From Selaginella moellendorffii (lineage: Eukaryota; Plantae; Lycopodiophyta): DNA of 64,000 nt. Position numbers and translations under genes: made by a program. Below the pieces are notes generated by a model, which saw only the letters and a program-made list of their open reading frames with translations, was not told the DNA's origin and did no database searches. Location: contig NW_003314281.1 of the NCBI RefSeq assembly GCF_000143415.4, positions 294,680 through 358,679 on the forward strand, written 5' to 3'. Of this stretch, positions 44,617-58,000 are shown piece after piece; positions within the stretch are counted from its first letter, which is position 1, and the number at the start of each line of letters is the position of its first letter.

Positions 44617-47600
44617 GGAGTCTGGCACTATTTCAGCATAACGCAAGGATATGGGTACTTTACCAACTAGCATGGTGTGGAGCTTGGGCTTAGACCCAAG
44701 CCGGATGTAGAACAAAAACAGGCACGCAAGCGGGAGGTAAACTATACCTCAAGTTGGTCGGCCATACCCAACCTACCCATTATCCCTACTATACATTTAG
44801 AACCCCCTATAGCCCCCCCCCTCCCCCTCTAAGGAACACATGCTTTGGGCTTTCACTCCAAGCCTCCCTTAGTACCAGGAGTTAGTCTCTGGGATAAGCA
44901 CGAAACTTACTAAATATGGAATGTCCCTAGATTGTGAATTTAGACACGGGATAAACACTATTGTATTCAGGATAATCTCTACATTCCGTAGATATGCTAA
45001 ATGAGCAAATCTAGATACTTTCCATAAATAGCATTTGGGACCAAAATGAGACTAACACAAAGGGCATGATAGCGAGGGTGTTTGGCAAACATGGTAAGCT
45101 ATCATTTAGCAAATATTGAGGGACCAAACTCAATATCACAGGGATTCTTAATACTAGCAAGTGCAAACCAATGACAGGAGTTTCTTAAACCAGGCTGAGT
45201 ATGCTCAGCAAAAAACACATAGGGTTCCTACCTTATGTTTATCCGATTTAAGTGCATGGTCAATGACCAATTTCTCAACTAGCTCAAGTGGGAACTAATA
45301 ATAGGTCTAGCAATATTGACCTCCTGCCGTCGTAGCAGTAAGGAAAGAATATCCGAAAGGACTAGTTGACAAGTAACTTTTGATACCCGAAGTCACATTC
45401 ACGACAAACATGTCAAGAGGGCATGACTCTCCACCTTAGTTTATACATAAATATGTTTATACTGTGATGGATGAAAAGGGGTTAATAAGGGAATGACTTT
45501 AGGATCTTGGGAACAGTAGAAGGTGGGAATAATGTGGTTGTGGTAAACAATTACAATTGGATTCACAAGAATGATGAAAACTTCTAGACAATAAAGTCAT
45601 AAGATTATCCTTATATAGTTGAGGATGGTGTTCAAGAATTTGAAACTAAAATTAACGACTATAAAAGGTCAAATACGAATGAGGAAATATATCCTTGAAA
45701 TGGTAGTTGGGGCTACTTTTAATAAAGTTTTGAATAACCCAAGAAATTTGGGGGTGTACTCAAAGGATGAGTAGGTGTCTCATCATATGGAAAGAAAGTT
45801 TTAAGGGGCAAATATAGCCCATGTAGAATAAAGGATAATCTAGTGTCGAAGTAACACTTGCAAAGATAGTCCTTGTGAATGGGATGTGAATACAAAAAAT
45901 TGTATTCAAATGTAGTGGCACTTCAAAAGTAGTTAAGAGGCTAGAACTTTATAGGACATTGGATTAACAAAGTCCAAAAACTAAATGACTTGGTAGAGTC
46001 AAGGGATGGTCCTAAGCTTGGAGGAATCCCATTTAGATGGATGTGTGTTCCACACTACGAAGGATTTGGAGGATTAGGAGATCCAAATATGAAAACAATG
46101 GGTATCTCATTAATGGCAGAATATGCCATACTAAAGTCGTGGAAAGGTATTTACGGAAGGAACCAACGTTGGTGACAAGTTGTGTGTGAACACTATGTTG
46201 TAGTGTTAGTCAATAGTTGGCATAAAAAACAACTACTATTGTCTTGTTAGACTTAGAGGAAGTGTTATAATGGTAGGCTCATCGAGCCGATGGTGTAAAG
46301 ACACCGAATGTTCTAAAGTGTGATGCCTTGAGGTCAAGTTGGTTAGTTCATAATAACCTTTTGCCAAAAGAATCTTAATGAAAATGGGATGGGCATAGCT
46401 TAAGTTGGAAAGCATGCAATTCAAGTGTGTTAACCCAAATAATAGAGATGTGGAAACACCAACAATGAGTTGTAGGAGCTGATGATTATGAAGCAACTAA
46501 GCAAAAGGAGTGATATGATTAATTGGATTGGTGGAAGTTAACTTCCTAATGGGATAAAAAGGTTAAATATATCCTTTAGGGTAAATTTCTTATAGTGCAA
46601 TATAGTGAGTTGAATGTCATAAAAAGGACTGCTCATTGTTAAAGAAGGCCATCATTGGGACACCTAAACACTAAAAACCACCACAATCTAGGCGAGGAAC
46701 ATTTAGGTGTTAAATGCTAATGGATTATGGAAAAAAAATATATTTCTAAAGATGGGATTCCCAAATGCTCTAATTTGGTAAAGGTGAAAGCTCTAAGAAA
46801 GATGGAGTAATAAATTAGCCAAATGATAGGGCCATAGATAGTCATGGCACGAATTATAGATAAATGGAACTTAATGCCAAGGGTGGCACGAAATAAAAGA
46901 GAGGATGATAGTACCCTCTAATAAAGGACTTCCTAGGATAAGGAAGTGGTGTTTGCATAATTAGTGTAATGCAAGATGTCGGACACACTTAAGAAATTTA
47001 CTGGAGATGTCAATATATTAAAGTTCTAGAGTGCAATGGTTATATTAGTAGAGGCTAAAACTACTAGTAATATTGAGATAGAAAAGGTGTCTCTAACAAG
47101 TTTAGCAAGAATTGAACGAACAAAGGTAGAGAACTACCACCAATGATCTAATAAAACTCTAAGTTGAAAAAACTATGCTCTTTAAGGATGGGTAAGGCAT
47201 GGTGAGCCTTTAGTGTCAATCCATTGACAAATATTAGCTTGATGTTAAGGATGAAAATGGTAATCCATAATAGGGATTATTTTAGAAAATGGTGTAATAT
47301 TTGAGGAGGACATTGAACTTTGTCTATGGGTGGTAAAATTGTGAGACACAAATCCCTAAGCCCTAAAGTGGAGCCAAAAGGGTGCCATATGGTAGTGATT
47401 AAAGCAAAAGTCCAATGAGCGTAACATGTTTGGACCAAAAGTTTTAACTTAGAAAGTCAAGAGCAGGAGTAGAACTCCTAAAGAAGTGCTTAAGGAATGA
47501 ATACAAAAAGATTGGTGAATAAGTCTCTAGAAAAGGACACAAGAGGGACTAACACATGGCAATTGTCATGACATGTGGAAGTGTCAAGACCAACTCCAAG

Positions 47601-49594
47601 AAGTCTGAGATGGAGTCTGAGAAGGAATTCGAGATGGAGTCCGAGATGGAGTCCGACAAGGAGTTCAAGATGGAGTCTAAGAAGGAGTCCAAGAAGGAGT
47701 CTGAGAAAGGAGTCCGAGATGGAGTCTAAAGTAGAGACCAAGATTGAGATTGAGACTGAGATTGAACCGAGACCGAGATTGAAACCAAGATCGAGACCGA
47801 AACTGAAACCAAGATCGAGACCGAGATTGAGTCTGAGTATGTAGCGCATTTAAATTTGGAGCTGAACTCCAAGCCCATCACACTACAAAATGAGGGTTTT
47901 GTACAATCCCATGAGCACCAACTCCCCATATCTAGCACATGCATGCAAAACGGTGTTAGATGATGTCTAACACGATTTTGGCATACTGGTGACCTAACAC
48001 AAAGAGGAAGGTACTTCAACAACTAGAGTAGTGTGGAGCTTGGGCTTAGACTTAAGCCAAATGCAGAACAAAGAATAACACAGCCCAGTGGAAGACAAAC
48101 TAATATTTCAGGTGGTTAGACATGCATTTTAACCCCACTATCCCTACTATACATTTGGAACCCTGTATAGCCCTTCACCCCCCCCCCCCCCCCCTTTTGG
48201 GCTTTGACCCCAAGCCTCCCTTAGTACTAGGAGTTAGTCTCTAGGACTAACTCAAAACTTAATAAATATAGAATGGTGCTAGATTATAAATTTGGATACG
48301 GGACAAACACCATTGTGTTTACTAGGTTAATCTCTACATTTTGTAGATATGCCAAGTTAACAAATTTAGACACTTTCCATAATTAGGTAATAGAATAGAA
48401 TGAGACCAACACAAGGGGCATGATAGCGAGGGTGTCTTGGCGAACATGGTAAGCTACTATATAACGATATTAAGGGACTAGACTTAATATTGTGGGGGTT
48501 CTTAATACTAGCAAGTGTAAGCTAATAATAGAAGTTTCTCAAACTAAGCCAAGTTTGCTCAGCAAAAAACACATAGGAGTTCCTACCTCTAAACCCTAGA
48601 CTTTATATTTATCGGATTTAAGTAACAACCATTGACTAGTTTCTCAACTAGCTCAAGTGGGAATTATAAAAGGAATCAACTGTACTGACCTTCTACCGTC
48701 ATGGCAGTAAGGAAAGAGTGTCTATAAAGACTAGCTGATAAATATCTTTGATACCCGAAATCACATTCATAGCACTTTCCCCCCTTGGGGAAGATCAACA
48801 TCCTCATCGATGTATACCTGAGTCTAACAAAGTTAACCGTCTAGGAAACAACTCCGAAAGTTAACGAAAAGCACACTATATGGGAAACACACTGATTTAA
48901 ATGAGTTATGGAACAACCTCTCCTTTATATCCAAAGACATTAAAACTTAAATACCCTCTGGCCATCACCGACAAGGAAATGACTAACGGATTTAGCCACC
49001 CTTACTGCTCTGAGTACCACTCAGCTTACAAAGGAATGATATATCTATGCCCGCAAAGACATAAGGAGAGAGCTAGAGGCCCAACTTCCCTTGAGCAAGA
49101 AATCAACCCTGTTGGGAAGATTTAAACAACTATTATAAACTAGTAGATGAAGTTGTTTTCACAACTCTACCGCTTTTCAATAATGAGTCAACAAGAGAGA
49201 AGTAAGGACTTGTGATTAGTCTATAATAGTTATTCCCATGATTATGGATTAAACCCATTCACCAAAGTGCCAAAGTCAACTTGCCAAAATTGACCTAAGT
49301 ACTAATGAATAAGAGAAATGAAACTTTGATTTATAGAAATATATTACTTTATTGATTTGCAAGATTTATTACAAAATTTACAAAAGCTATTCTTTATTAC
49401 GATTTTCATACTTCGTGACAAGCTCACGAGGATGTATAAAATTCCTAAAAGGTTCCCAAATTGATTCACAAGTTAGATAACCTTTCCATTTAACTAGATA
49501 TTCCTTGGAATGACCACCACAAAGTTTGCAAGACAAGAGAATTGCCTTGACCTCATACTCAAGGTCATCATTTACAATTTCTAGAGGGGGACAA

Positions 49595-50244
49595 TGTAAG
49601 CAACCAAAGAGAACGACTTAAAAGACGGTTTATGGGGTTCAAATATAAAGGGAAAGGGCCCATGAATAAGAGTGCACCCCTTTTCCAATCAATTAAGGGT
49701 CTTGGGATACTTGGGGTTAAGTGTCTTTGGGTTTGAATAGTATTAAGCTGGGTGACCTCCCGGGAAGTCCAAACTCAAGAGCTTACATTTGGTATTAGAG
49801 GACTCAGGAGCTTACATTTGGTATCAGAGGACTCAAGAGCTTACATTTGGTATCAGAGCGGTCTCAGGTCTGACTCTATTGGTTGGCTAACGGAATTACA
49901 CCACATGTTGATTGACATCTGGTTAGTCCAGTTTGCTCCCGCTAGGCTCAACCCAATGGGTAGGGTGTCAAGAGAGTGGGGCTCTCGAGAGAGCTGCGGC
50001 TCTTAACTTCCGTTCATGAGGGCATGAATTTGTAGGGAAATGTGGTATATTGTAAGCAACCAAAAAGAATGACTTGAGAAACAGTCCATGGGGTTCAAAT
50101 ATAGAGGGAAGGGGCCCATGAATAAGAGTGCACCCCCTTTTTCAATCAGTTAAGGGTCTTGGGATACTTGGGGTTAAGCGTCCTTGGGTTTGAATAGTAC
50201 TGGGCTGGGTGACCTTTCGGGAAGTCCAAACTCAGGAGCTTACA
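49595..50244 (+). mobile_element. Cassandra TRIM (LTRs 49595-49787 and 50051-50244) inserted between integrase and chromodomain
   Basis: 5S-like core at 50172-50227, PBS TTTGGTATCAGAGC, TSD GACAA/GAAAA. Confidence 0.9.
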
Positions 50245-50959
50245 GAAAAATGTCTATAGAGTGATCCACAACAACACAATATGGTGCCAGTAAATTGATA
50301 TGAAACACATAGGATAACTCATCTAGAAGATCCAACTTATAGGATACATCACCATCTTGCTTTAAAACTTGATAAGGTCTGATATGTCTTAGCAACAGTT
50401 TTTGAGACAAAGATCCCTTAATATTCAAGTTTCAGGAAGATAGCCACACCTAATCTCCCACTTGATAGGATACATCCTAATGATACTGATCCTTATCACG
50501 TCGATACCTATCTTGAGTGTTGCCTTGCCTCAGTAGCTATAGACCAACCTTGGCATATCTGCTCTGCATAAGTCTCAATAGCCGGGACCAACACTTCGAC
50601 ATTGGTTTTGGTACAACAATATGGTTAGGAACCCACAACCATTCCTTTGCAGCATCTCCCATGGAGAATAGCCAATAGCATTATGAAATGTGTTGTTATA
50701 ACAAATTTCTGCTGTGTCCAATTGCTCAACCCAGTCGTTTTGGTCTGCTGCGACATAGTCCCATAGATAATCTTCAACTTGAGTATTCACACATTCAATC
50801 TGCCAATCAGTTTGAGGATGGTAAGCCATACTAAACTTCAACTAGGTATCGAACAATTGGAATAGTATGCCCTAAAACTTCCCTGTAAATCTCTAATCTC
50901 TATCTGAGATCATCTCTTTGGGAAGACCAAGAACTCATACAACTTCATCTAGAGCTTTC

Positions 50960-52648
50960 TGTGAGACACAAAATCCCTAGGCCCCAAAGTGGAGCCGGAA
51001 AGGGTGCCACGTGGTAGGGGCCGAAGCAAAAGCCAAACGAGCGTAACACGTTTGGACTAAAAGCTCCGACTTGGAAGGTTGAGAGCGGGAGTGGAACTCC
51101 CAACAAAGTGCTCGAGGAGCGAGCACGAGGCAACCAATAAGCAAGGCTCCAAAAAGGGACCCAAAAAGGACCAACATATGACACATGGAAGAGTCCGAAA
51201 TGGACCCGAGATGGAGTCCAAGATGGACCCGAGATGGAGTCCGAGATGGACCCGAGTTGGAGTCCAAGATGGACCTGAAGTGGAGTCAGAGATGGAGTCC
51301 GAGATGGGGTCCGAGATGGAGTCCAAGATGGACCTGAGATGGAGTCTGAGATGGAGTCCGAGATGGACCCGAGTTAGAGTCCGAGATGGACCCGAAGTGG
51401 AGTCCGAGNNNNNNNNNNNNNNNNNNNNNNNNNNNNNNNNNNNNNNNNNNNNNNNNNNNNNNNNNNNNNNNNNNNNNNNNNNNNNNNNNNNNNNNNNNNN
51501 NNNNNNNNAGGGAGAGTGTGGGGGTTGGAGCCCCAGTAGAGCCAGTTTGGCTAGGAAATGCCAGTTTGGCCCAGGAAAGCCATACCCAGTATTGGGTGAT
51601 GAACTGACCACTGGGAAGTCCAAGACTAGAGTGAATACAGACCGACAAGCAGGGTAGCTTGGTGAAGTGTTTAAGAGCCGGCTCTAGTTTCCCCGGGAGA
51701 TCGAATGGTTGATGCTCCCAATCCAAGTGTGGGTGGCACTACCTACTTGGATACCTGGCGTGGCTCAACGGAACCTCGCTCTAAGCCCATGGCTAGAGTA
51801 CCCAAAGGTGGAAGGCGGGGAGAGTACCCATGAGGCTCACGTAAGGCCACGGTGTTCCAAAATGTTGCCCCAAAGTCCCAGACTGTGAAAAGGAAGAGGA
51901 GCCGTCCTCTAGTGTAGAGACCAAGGATACGGTCATGTGAGAAGGAAGTCCTAGAGGATCGTGGGACTTAGTGGTCGGGCTTGTGGGCCTTGATCCAGTG
52001 GCAGTGTTGGCAAATATGGCCATGGACGGAAAGGGACTTGGTGAGGACTGGAAAAGGGATATTGGGGAAGGCTAATCCCCATGTCTGTGGGTGTCCTAAG
52101 GATGCTAAGGAGTGGATCTGGAATGATCACTCATGGACAGATGGCCCAGTCTTTGAGAGACGGGATTGTGATGCAGGTGGTGTTAGACCACCAATGTGAC
52201 TAAGGTGAAGGGGCATGGCCTTAGCGTAACATGCTGATATGTCAATGGTACCTTAAGGTGTCGGTCATGGGATCGGACACGTGGAGCACTTGGACCAAGT
52301 GCAAAGGTTGATGTAAGCTCCTGAGTTTGGACTTCTCGGGAGGTCACCCAGCCCAGTATTATTTAAACCCAAGGACGCGTAGCCCCAAGTATCCCAAGAC
52401 CCTTAACTGATTGGAAAAGGGGGTGCACTCTTATTCATGGGCCCTTTCCTTCTATATTTGAACCCCAACGGATTGTCTCTCGAGTCGTTCCCTTTGGTTA
52501 CTTATAGTTGAGTGGCGGGGATGCCATTCTTGGGGCTAGCAAGCCCAAGTCCATAATAGGACTTATGGAGGTTGTGAGTGAGACTCCTCCAAGTGGTCGG
52601 AGGTGTGGTTAAGTGACTAAAGTAGAATGAAAAATTTAGTTGCTTACA
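50960..52648 (+). repeat. Family-C solo LTR inserted in the family-B integrase (contains gap 51409-51508)
   Basis: TGTGAGACAC...GCTTACA, TSD CTTTC/CTTTG. Confidence 0.85.
52312..52506 (-). repeat. Cassandra solo LTR nested in the family-C solo LTR
   Basis: 195 bp, perfect TSD GTTGA, 5S-like core. Confidence 0.88.
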
Positions 52649-55040
52649 CTTTGCTACTTGTTTTGCATTCACTATTTCCACAGTTGGAATGAAGTGTGTA
52701 ATTTTTGACAACCAATCCATAACCACTATCAAAGTATCATAACCTTTAGACTTCAGCAAGCAAGTGACGAAATCAAGTGTACTCTGAAATGGCCATGTCA
52801 GTGCTCGAATGCACTACAACTTTCCAGCTTGCTTCTCAGTTCTGTGCTTACATTGTTGGTATATAGAGCAAGAACAGACATAATCCACTACATCACCTTC
52901 TATACCAAACTAGAAAAATCCCTTTTTCAATGAAGTAAGAGTCTTTTGTTTTCCACCATGTCCTGCTACTAAAACATTATGATNNNNNNNNNNNNNNNNN
53001 NNNNNNNNNNNNNNNNNNNNNNNNNNNNNNNNNNNNNNNNNNNNNNNNNNNNNNNNNNNNNNNNNNNNNNNNNNNNNNNNNNNTGAAGCTTTGCATTGGT
53101 ACGACTAGCAACTTTCGCCAATTCCCTTCAAAAACTCCACATTGAGCAAGATTGCCTTCGCCAATAGATCATTTCCATATGAAGCCCGAACGTCCTCCAA
53201 CCAGTCCGAACTGATTGCTGACATTGCCTGGAATTGAGCCTGACAACTCAATGCATCCGGAACAATATTGTCTTTACTAGGTTTATATATGATTTCAGTA
53301 TCAAATCTAGCGAGCTTCTCTTGCCAATGAGCCTTCTTTGACATAAGCTTTTATCTATATAGCAAAGTAGCTTAGTGTGTTACTATCCTATAAACCTTGG
53401 TACAATAGTGTTTTCAATGTTTCAATGCCGACACTATAGCAAACATTTATTTCTCGTGTGTTAGCCATCTTTGTTAGGTTTCATCCAATTTCTTGGAATA
53501 TAACACAATGGAACAACCGTGTCACCTTAGCATAACATTAACTGCTTTGTCATAATTTTGCTGTAACATGGCACGAATAGTATAGCCAGATGCATCACAA
53601 TGCACTTCAAAGGGCTTATCAAAATTTGGGATCTTGAAAAGAAGAACCATAGTCAAGGTCTCCTTCAACTGTACAAAAGCACATTGACAAGCTGGTGTCC
53701 AATGAAATGATATACTACTCTTTGTTAACTCAGTCAATGGAAGAGCAATTCTTACAAAATTGCAAACAAACTTGTAATAGTATCCTGTCAAACCGAAAAA
53801 TGAATGAATATTTGATAAAGTGGTTAGGACTTCTCAGGACTTCATTGCTTCCACCTTCTTTGGATCCACCTCAATTACACCACCACCAACTATATGTCTA
53901 AGAAAGTTCACATGCAATTATCCAAAAGCACATTTACTTTCTTTAGCATATAATTTGTGTTCAGACAACTTCTGAAACACCAACTCCAAGTGTTTCAAAT
54001 GATCCTCCAATGTTTCACTGAAGACTAAAACATCTTAATATATAGGTAACAATGTGTCTAAATAATCTTTGAATATTTTATATATCATTGTGCTGAACAT
54101 TATTAGAGAATTGCATAACCCAAATAGCATGATAAGAAACTCATAGAATATATATCAAGTCTTAAATGCTATCTTCTCCATATCTTGATCTGCCACCAGT
54201 ATCTAATGATACCCAGACCACAAATCAAGTCGTGTAAAATACTTGGTGTTTAAGAGTTGATTAAACAAGTCATCAATGCAAGGCAAAGGATAATTATTTT
54301 TGACCATGATTTTGTTGAGAGCCTGATAATTGATACACATCCTTATGATACCATCATTTTTCATAACAAAAAGGACAAGTGCTCTATAAGGTGACTTGCT
54401 TGGTCGGATATAACCTTTGTCAAGAAGCTCCATGAATTATTTCTTGAGTTCAGCCATTTCCTTGATGTTCAAAAAATATAGAGCTTTCGTAAGTGGTCTA
54501 GAACTCAGAATAACCTCAATTCAATTATCAACCTCATGGCTAGGAAGTAGCCCTAGTGGCAAATCCTTCAGAAAGATATCTTGATTCTAGGCCAACAATT
54601 CTAATATCTCATTTGGTACAAGATCAACCCTGTCATCGATTCGATTTGAGTCACCATCACCCTCAACTTCCATCACTTGAACCCAAAAGGTCTGACATCC
54701 CTTCTTAGTTACTTTTTGAGTGGCTCTCGCAATTAGGAACTTAGCATCCTAATCCTTTGAGGAGCACTTTTGCAACTAGAAGGACATATCAGGATATCCT
54801 TCTGACCTCAATATGATGCAACTTTATCCAACACCATAAATACCTTTAATATATTTGTTAAAGAAATCTATACTAAACACCATCTGAAAATCTAGTATCT
54901 TCAACACTACCAAGTCCACTTTTTCTTTCCATTTGCATATTTTTATTAGAATATCACCTATAAATTTTCTGGCTACTTGCCCACCTTCCACAAACCAGAA
55001 GTGTATGGGCAACATGTACTTAACTTTCAATCCTAACAAC

Positions 55041-58000
55041 TGTGAGACACAAATCCCTAAGCCCCAAAGTGGAGCCGAAAGAGTGCCACATGGTAGTGGC
55101 CGAAGCAAAAGCCAAACAAGTGTAACACGTTTGGACTAAAAGGCTCCAACTTGAAAGGTTGAGAGTGAGAGTGGAACTCCCAACGGAGTGCTCAAGGAAC
55201 GAGCATGAAGCGAACAATAAGTGAGGCTCCAAAAAGGGATCCAAAAGGACCAACACATGACACGTGGGAGTGTTCGAGATGGAGTCTGAGATGGACCTGA
55301 GTTGGAGTCTGAGGTGGAGTCCGAAATGGAGTCCAAGGTGGACCCGAGATGGAGGCCAAGCTGGAGTCCGAGATGGACCCGAGATGGAGTCTGAGATGGA
55401 GTCCGAGATGGACCAAAATGGAGTCCGAGATGGACCGAGATGGAGTCCGAGATGGAGTCCGAGATGGACCCGCGATGGAGTCCGAGATGGAGTCCGAGAT
55501 GGACCCGAGATGGAGTCCAAGATGGAGTCCGAGATGGACCGAGACAAAGTCCGAGATGGAGTCCGAGATGGACCCGAGATGGAATCTGAGATGGAGTCCA
55601 AGAAGGACCCGAAATGGAGTCCGAGATGGACCCGAGATGGAGTCCGAAATGGAGTCCAAGATGGACCGCGACGGAGTCTGAGATGGAGTCTGAGATGGAC
55701 TCAAGATGGAATCCGAGATGGAGTCCGAGAAGGACCCGAGATGGAGTCCGAGGTCAAGATCTAGACCGGGACCAAGACTGAGACCGGGACCGAGACCGAG
55801 ACCGGGACCGAGACCGGGACCGAGACCGAGACTGGGACTAAGACCAAGACCGAGACCGGGACCGAGACTGAGACCGAGGCCAAGCCCGAGACCGCACCCG
55901 AGCCTGAGTCCGAGTCCGAGTCCAAGTTCGAGTTTGAGAGGGTGAAAACCCAAAGTGTTCATCTCCCAGACCCTAGGGGGTTTGGTGAGCTCCAAAAGTA
56001 TAGTAAGGGGGAGGACTGCAGTGGAGCCAGTTTGGCCAGGAAAGGCCAGTTTGGCCCAGGAAGGCCAAACCCAATGTTGGGTGATGAACTGACCACTGGG
56101 AAGTCCAAGACTAGAGTGAATATGGACCGACAAGCGGGGTAACTTGGTGAAGTGTTCAAGAGCCGGCTCTAGTTCCCCCGGGAGATCGACTGGCTGATGC
56201 TCCCAGTCCAAGTGTGGGTGGCACTACCTACTTGGATACCTGGTGTAGCTCAATGGAACCTCGCTCTAAGCCCATGGCTAGAGCACCTAAAGGCAGAAGG
56301 TGGGGAGAGTACCCATGGGGCTCGCGTAGGGCCACGGTGTTCCGAAATGTTGTCCCAAAGTCCCAAATGGGGAAAGGAGGAGGAACAATCCTCTAGTGTA
56401 GTGACTATGGATATGGTCATATGGTGAGGAAGTCCCAGAGGACAAGGGGACTTAGTGGCTGGGCTTGCGAGCCTTGATCTAGTGGCAGTGTTGGTGAACA
56501 TGGCCATGGACGGAAAAGGGACTTGGCAGGAACTGACAAAGGGATGTTGGGGAAGGCTATTCCCCATGTCTGTGGGCATCCTAAGGATGCTAAGGAGTGG
56601 ATCTGGGATGACCACTCGTGGACGGATGGCCCAATCTTGGAGAGACGGGATTGTGATGCAAGTGGTATTGGACCACCCGTGCGGCAAAGGTGAATGGGCA
56701 TGGCCTTAGCATAATGGGCCGATATGTCAGTGGTACCTTTGGGTGTCAGTCTTGGGACTAGACATATGGAGCACTTGGACTAAGTGCAAGGGATGAGTGG
56801 CATGGATGCCATTCTCGGGACTAGCAAGTCCCAAGTCCTGAATTGGACTTAAGGAGGTTGTGAATGAGACTCCTCCAAGTGGTTAGAGGTGTGGTTAAGT
56901 GACTAAAGTAGAATGGAAAATTTAGTCGCTTACAATTTGGTATCGGAGTAGTTCCTTAGTCCGACTTTTATTGGTGCTAAAGTATATCACCACTAGTGTT
57001 GGCATCGGAAAGTCCTAGGAGTGGGCTTATCCTCGAGGAGTAGCAAGTCGGGAAGACATGGCTCTCCACTACAGTTCACATGTGAACTTGTAGGCAAGGT
57101 GGTGGATAGAAAAGGGCCAATAAGGGAACGACTTTGGGATCTTGGAAACAGTATAAGGGTTTTCTCAGAGAGTTGAGGATGTGATCCAAATGAGCGTTTG
57201 ACTTAGCAAACTGGCTGATGTGGTTGTGGTAAACAACTACAATTGGGATCACGGGAAAGATGTAGACTCCAAAACAATAAAGGAGTCACAAGATTACCCT
57301 TATATAGTTGAGGCTAATACTCATAAATTTGAGACCGGAATTTGTGACCGTGGGAGGTTAAATACAGAAGAGGACACTAGTCCTTGAAATGATAGCCGGG
57401 GCTACCTCTAATAAATGCTGGAACAACCCAAGGAGTTGGGGGTGTACTTAAAGATGAGTTGCTATTCTCATCACATGGACAAGTAGTCCTAAGGGGCAAA
57501 GGTTAGCCCCAAGAAAATTATCAAGTGTCGGAATAATACTTGCAAAGATTGTCCTTGTGAGTAGAACATGAATACAAGAGGTTGTATTCCAGTGAGTTGG
57601 CACCTCGAAGACTAAGACCTCACAAGTTGTTGGATTAGCAAAGTCCAAAATGCTGGATGACTCAAGTGGAGTCAGGGAATGGTCCTAAAGGATTGGTTGA
57701 AGCATTTGGACTGAGGTGTATGGTGCCCCATGAGGTATGGGGAGGATTATAAGATCCAAGTATGAGAACAGTAGGTATCTCATTGATGGCAAAATGTGCT
57801 ATACTACAGTTGTGGGAAAGATGTTCCCGAATAAAGCAACTTTGGCCCAGAGTTGGGTGCAAACACTATAGTGTGGTGTTAATGGATAGTTAGCATGAGG
57901 AACAACTATATTGGTCTTGACAAGGACCTAGACACTAATAAGTAGTGTCATAAGGATAAGCTCATGGGGCCAATGGTGTGGAAACACCAAATGTGCCAAG

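Larger units (their letters stand above)
36924..45406 (-). repeat. Family-B solo LTR split by the nested family-C element
   Basis: Ends TGTAGTGC...CACGACA, TSD AGCAT/AACAT, homologous to 3791-4926. Confidence 0.7.
36248..47839 (+). mobile_element. Old, degenerate family-C element (5' LTR 36248-36811, PBS, internal resumes at about 45407, PPT, 3' LTR from 47340) hosting nested insertions
   Basis: LTR ends TGTGGGACACAAATC...GTCGCTTACA followed by ATTTGGTATAG. Internal region colinear with 56935-60350. The 3' LTR is cut at 47839 by the family-B element. Confidence 0.72.

Noticed and set aside
50172-50227. 5S rRNA gene
   Set aside because: Only the internal 5S-like domain is present, inside the LTRs of a Cassandra TRIM.
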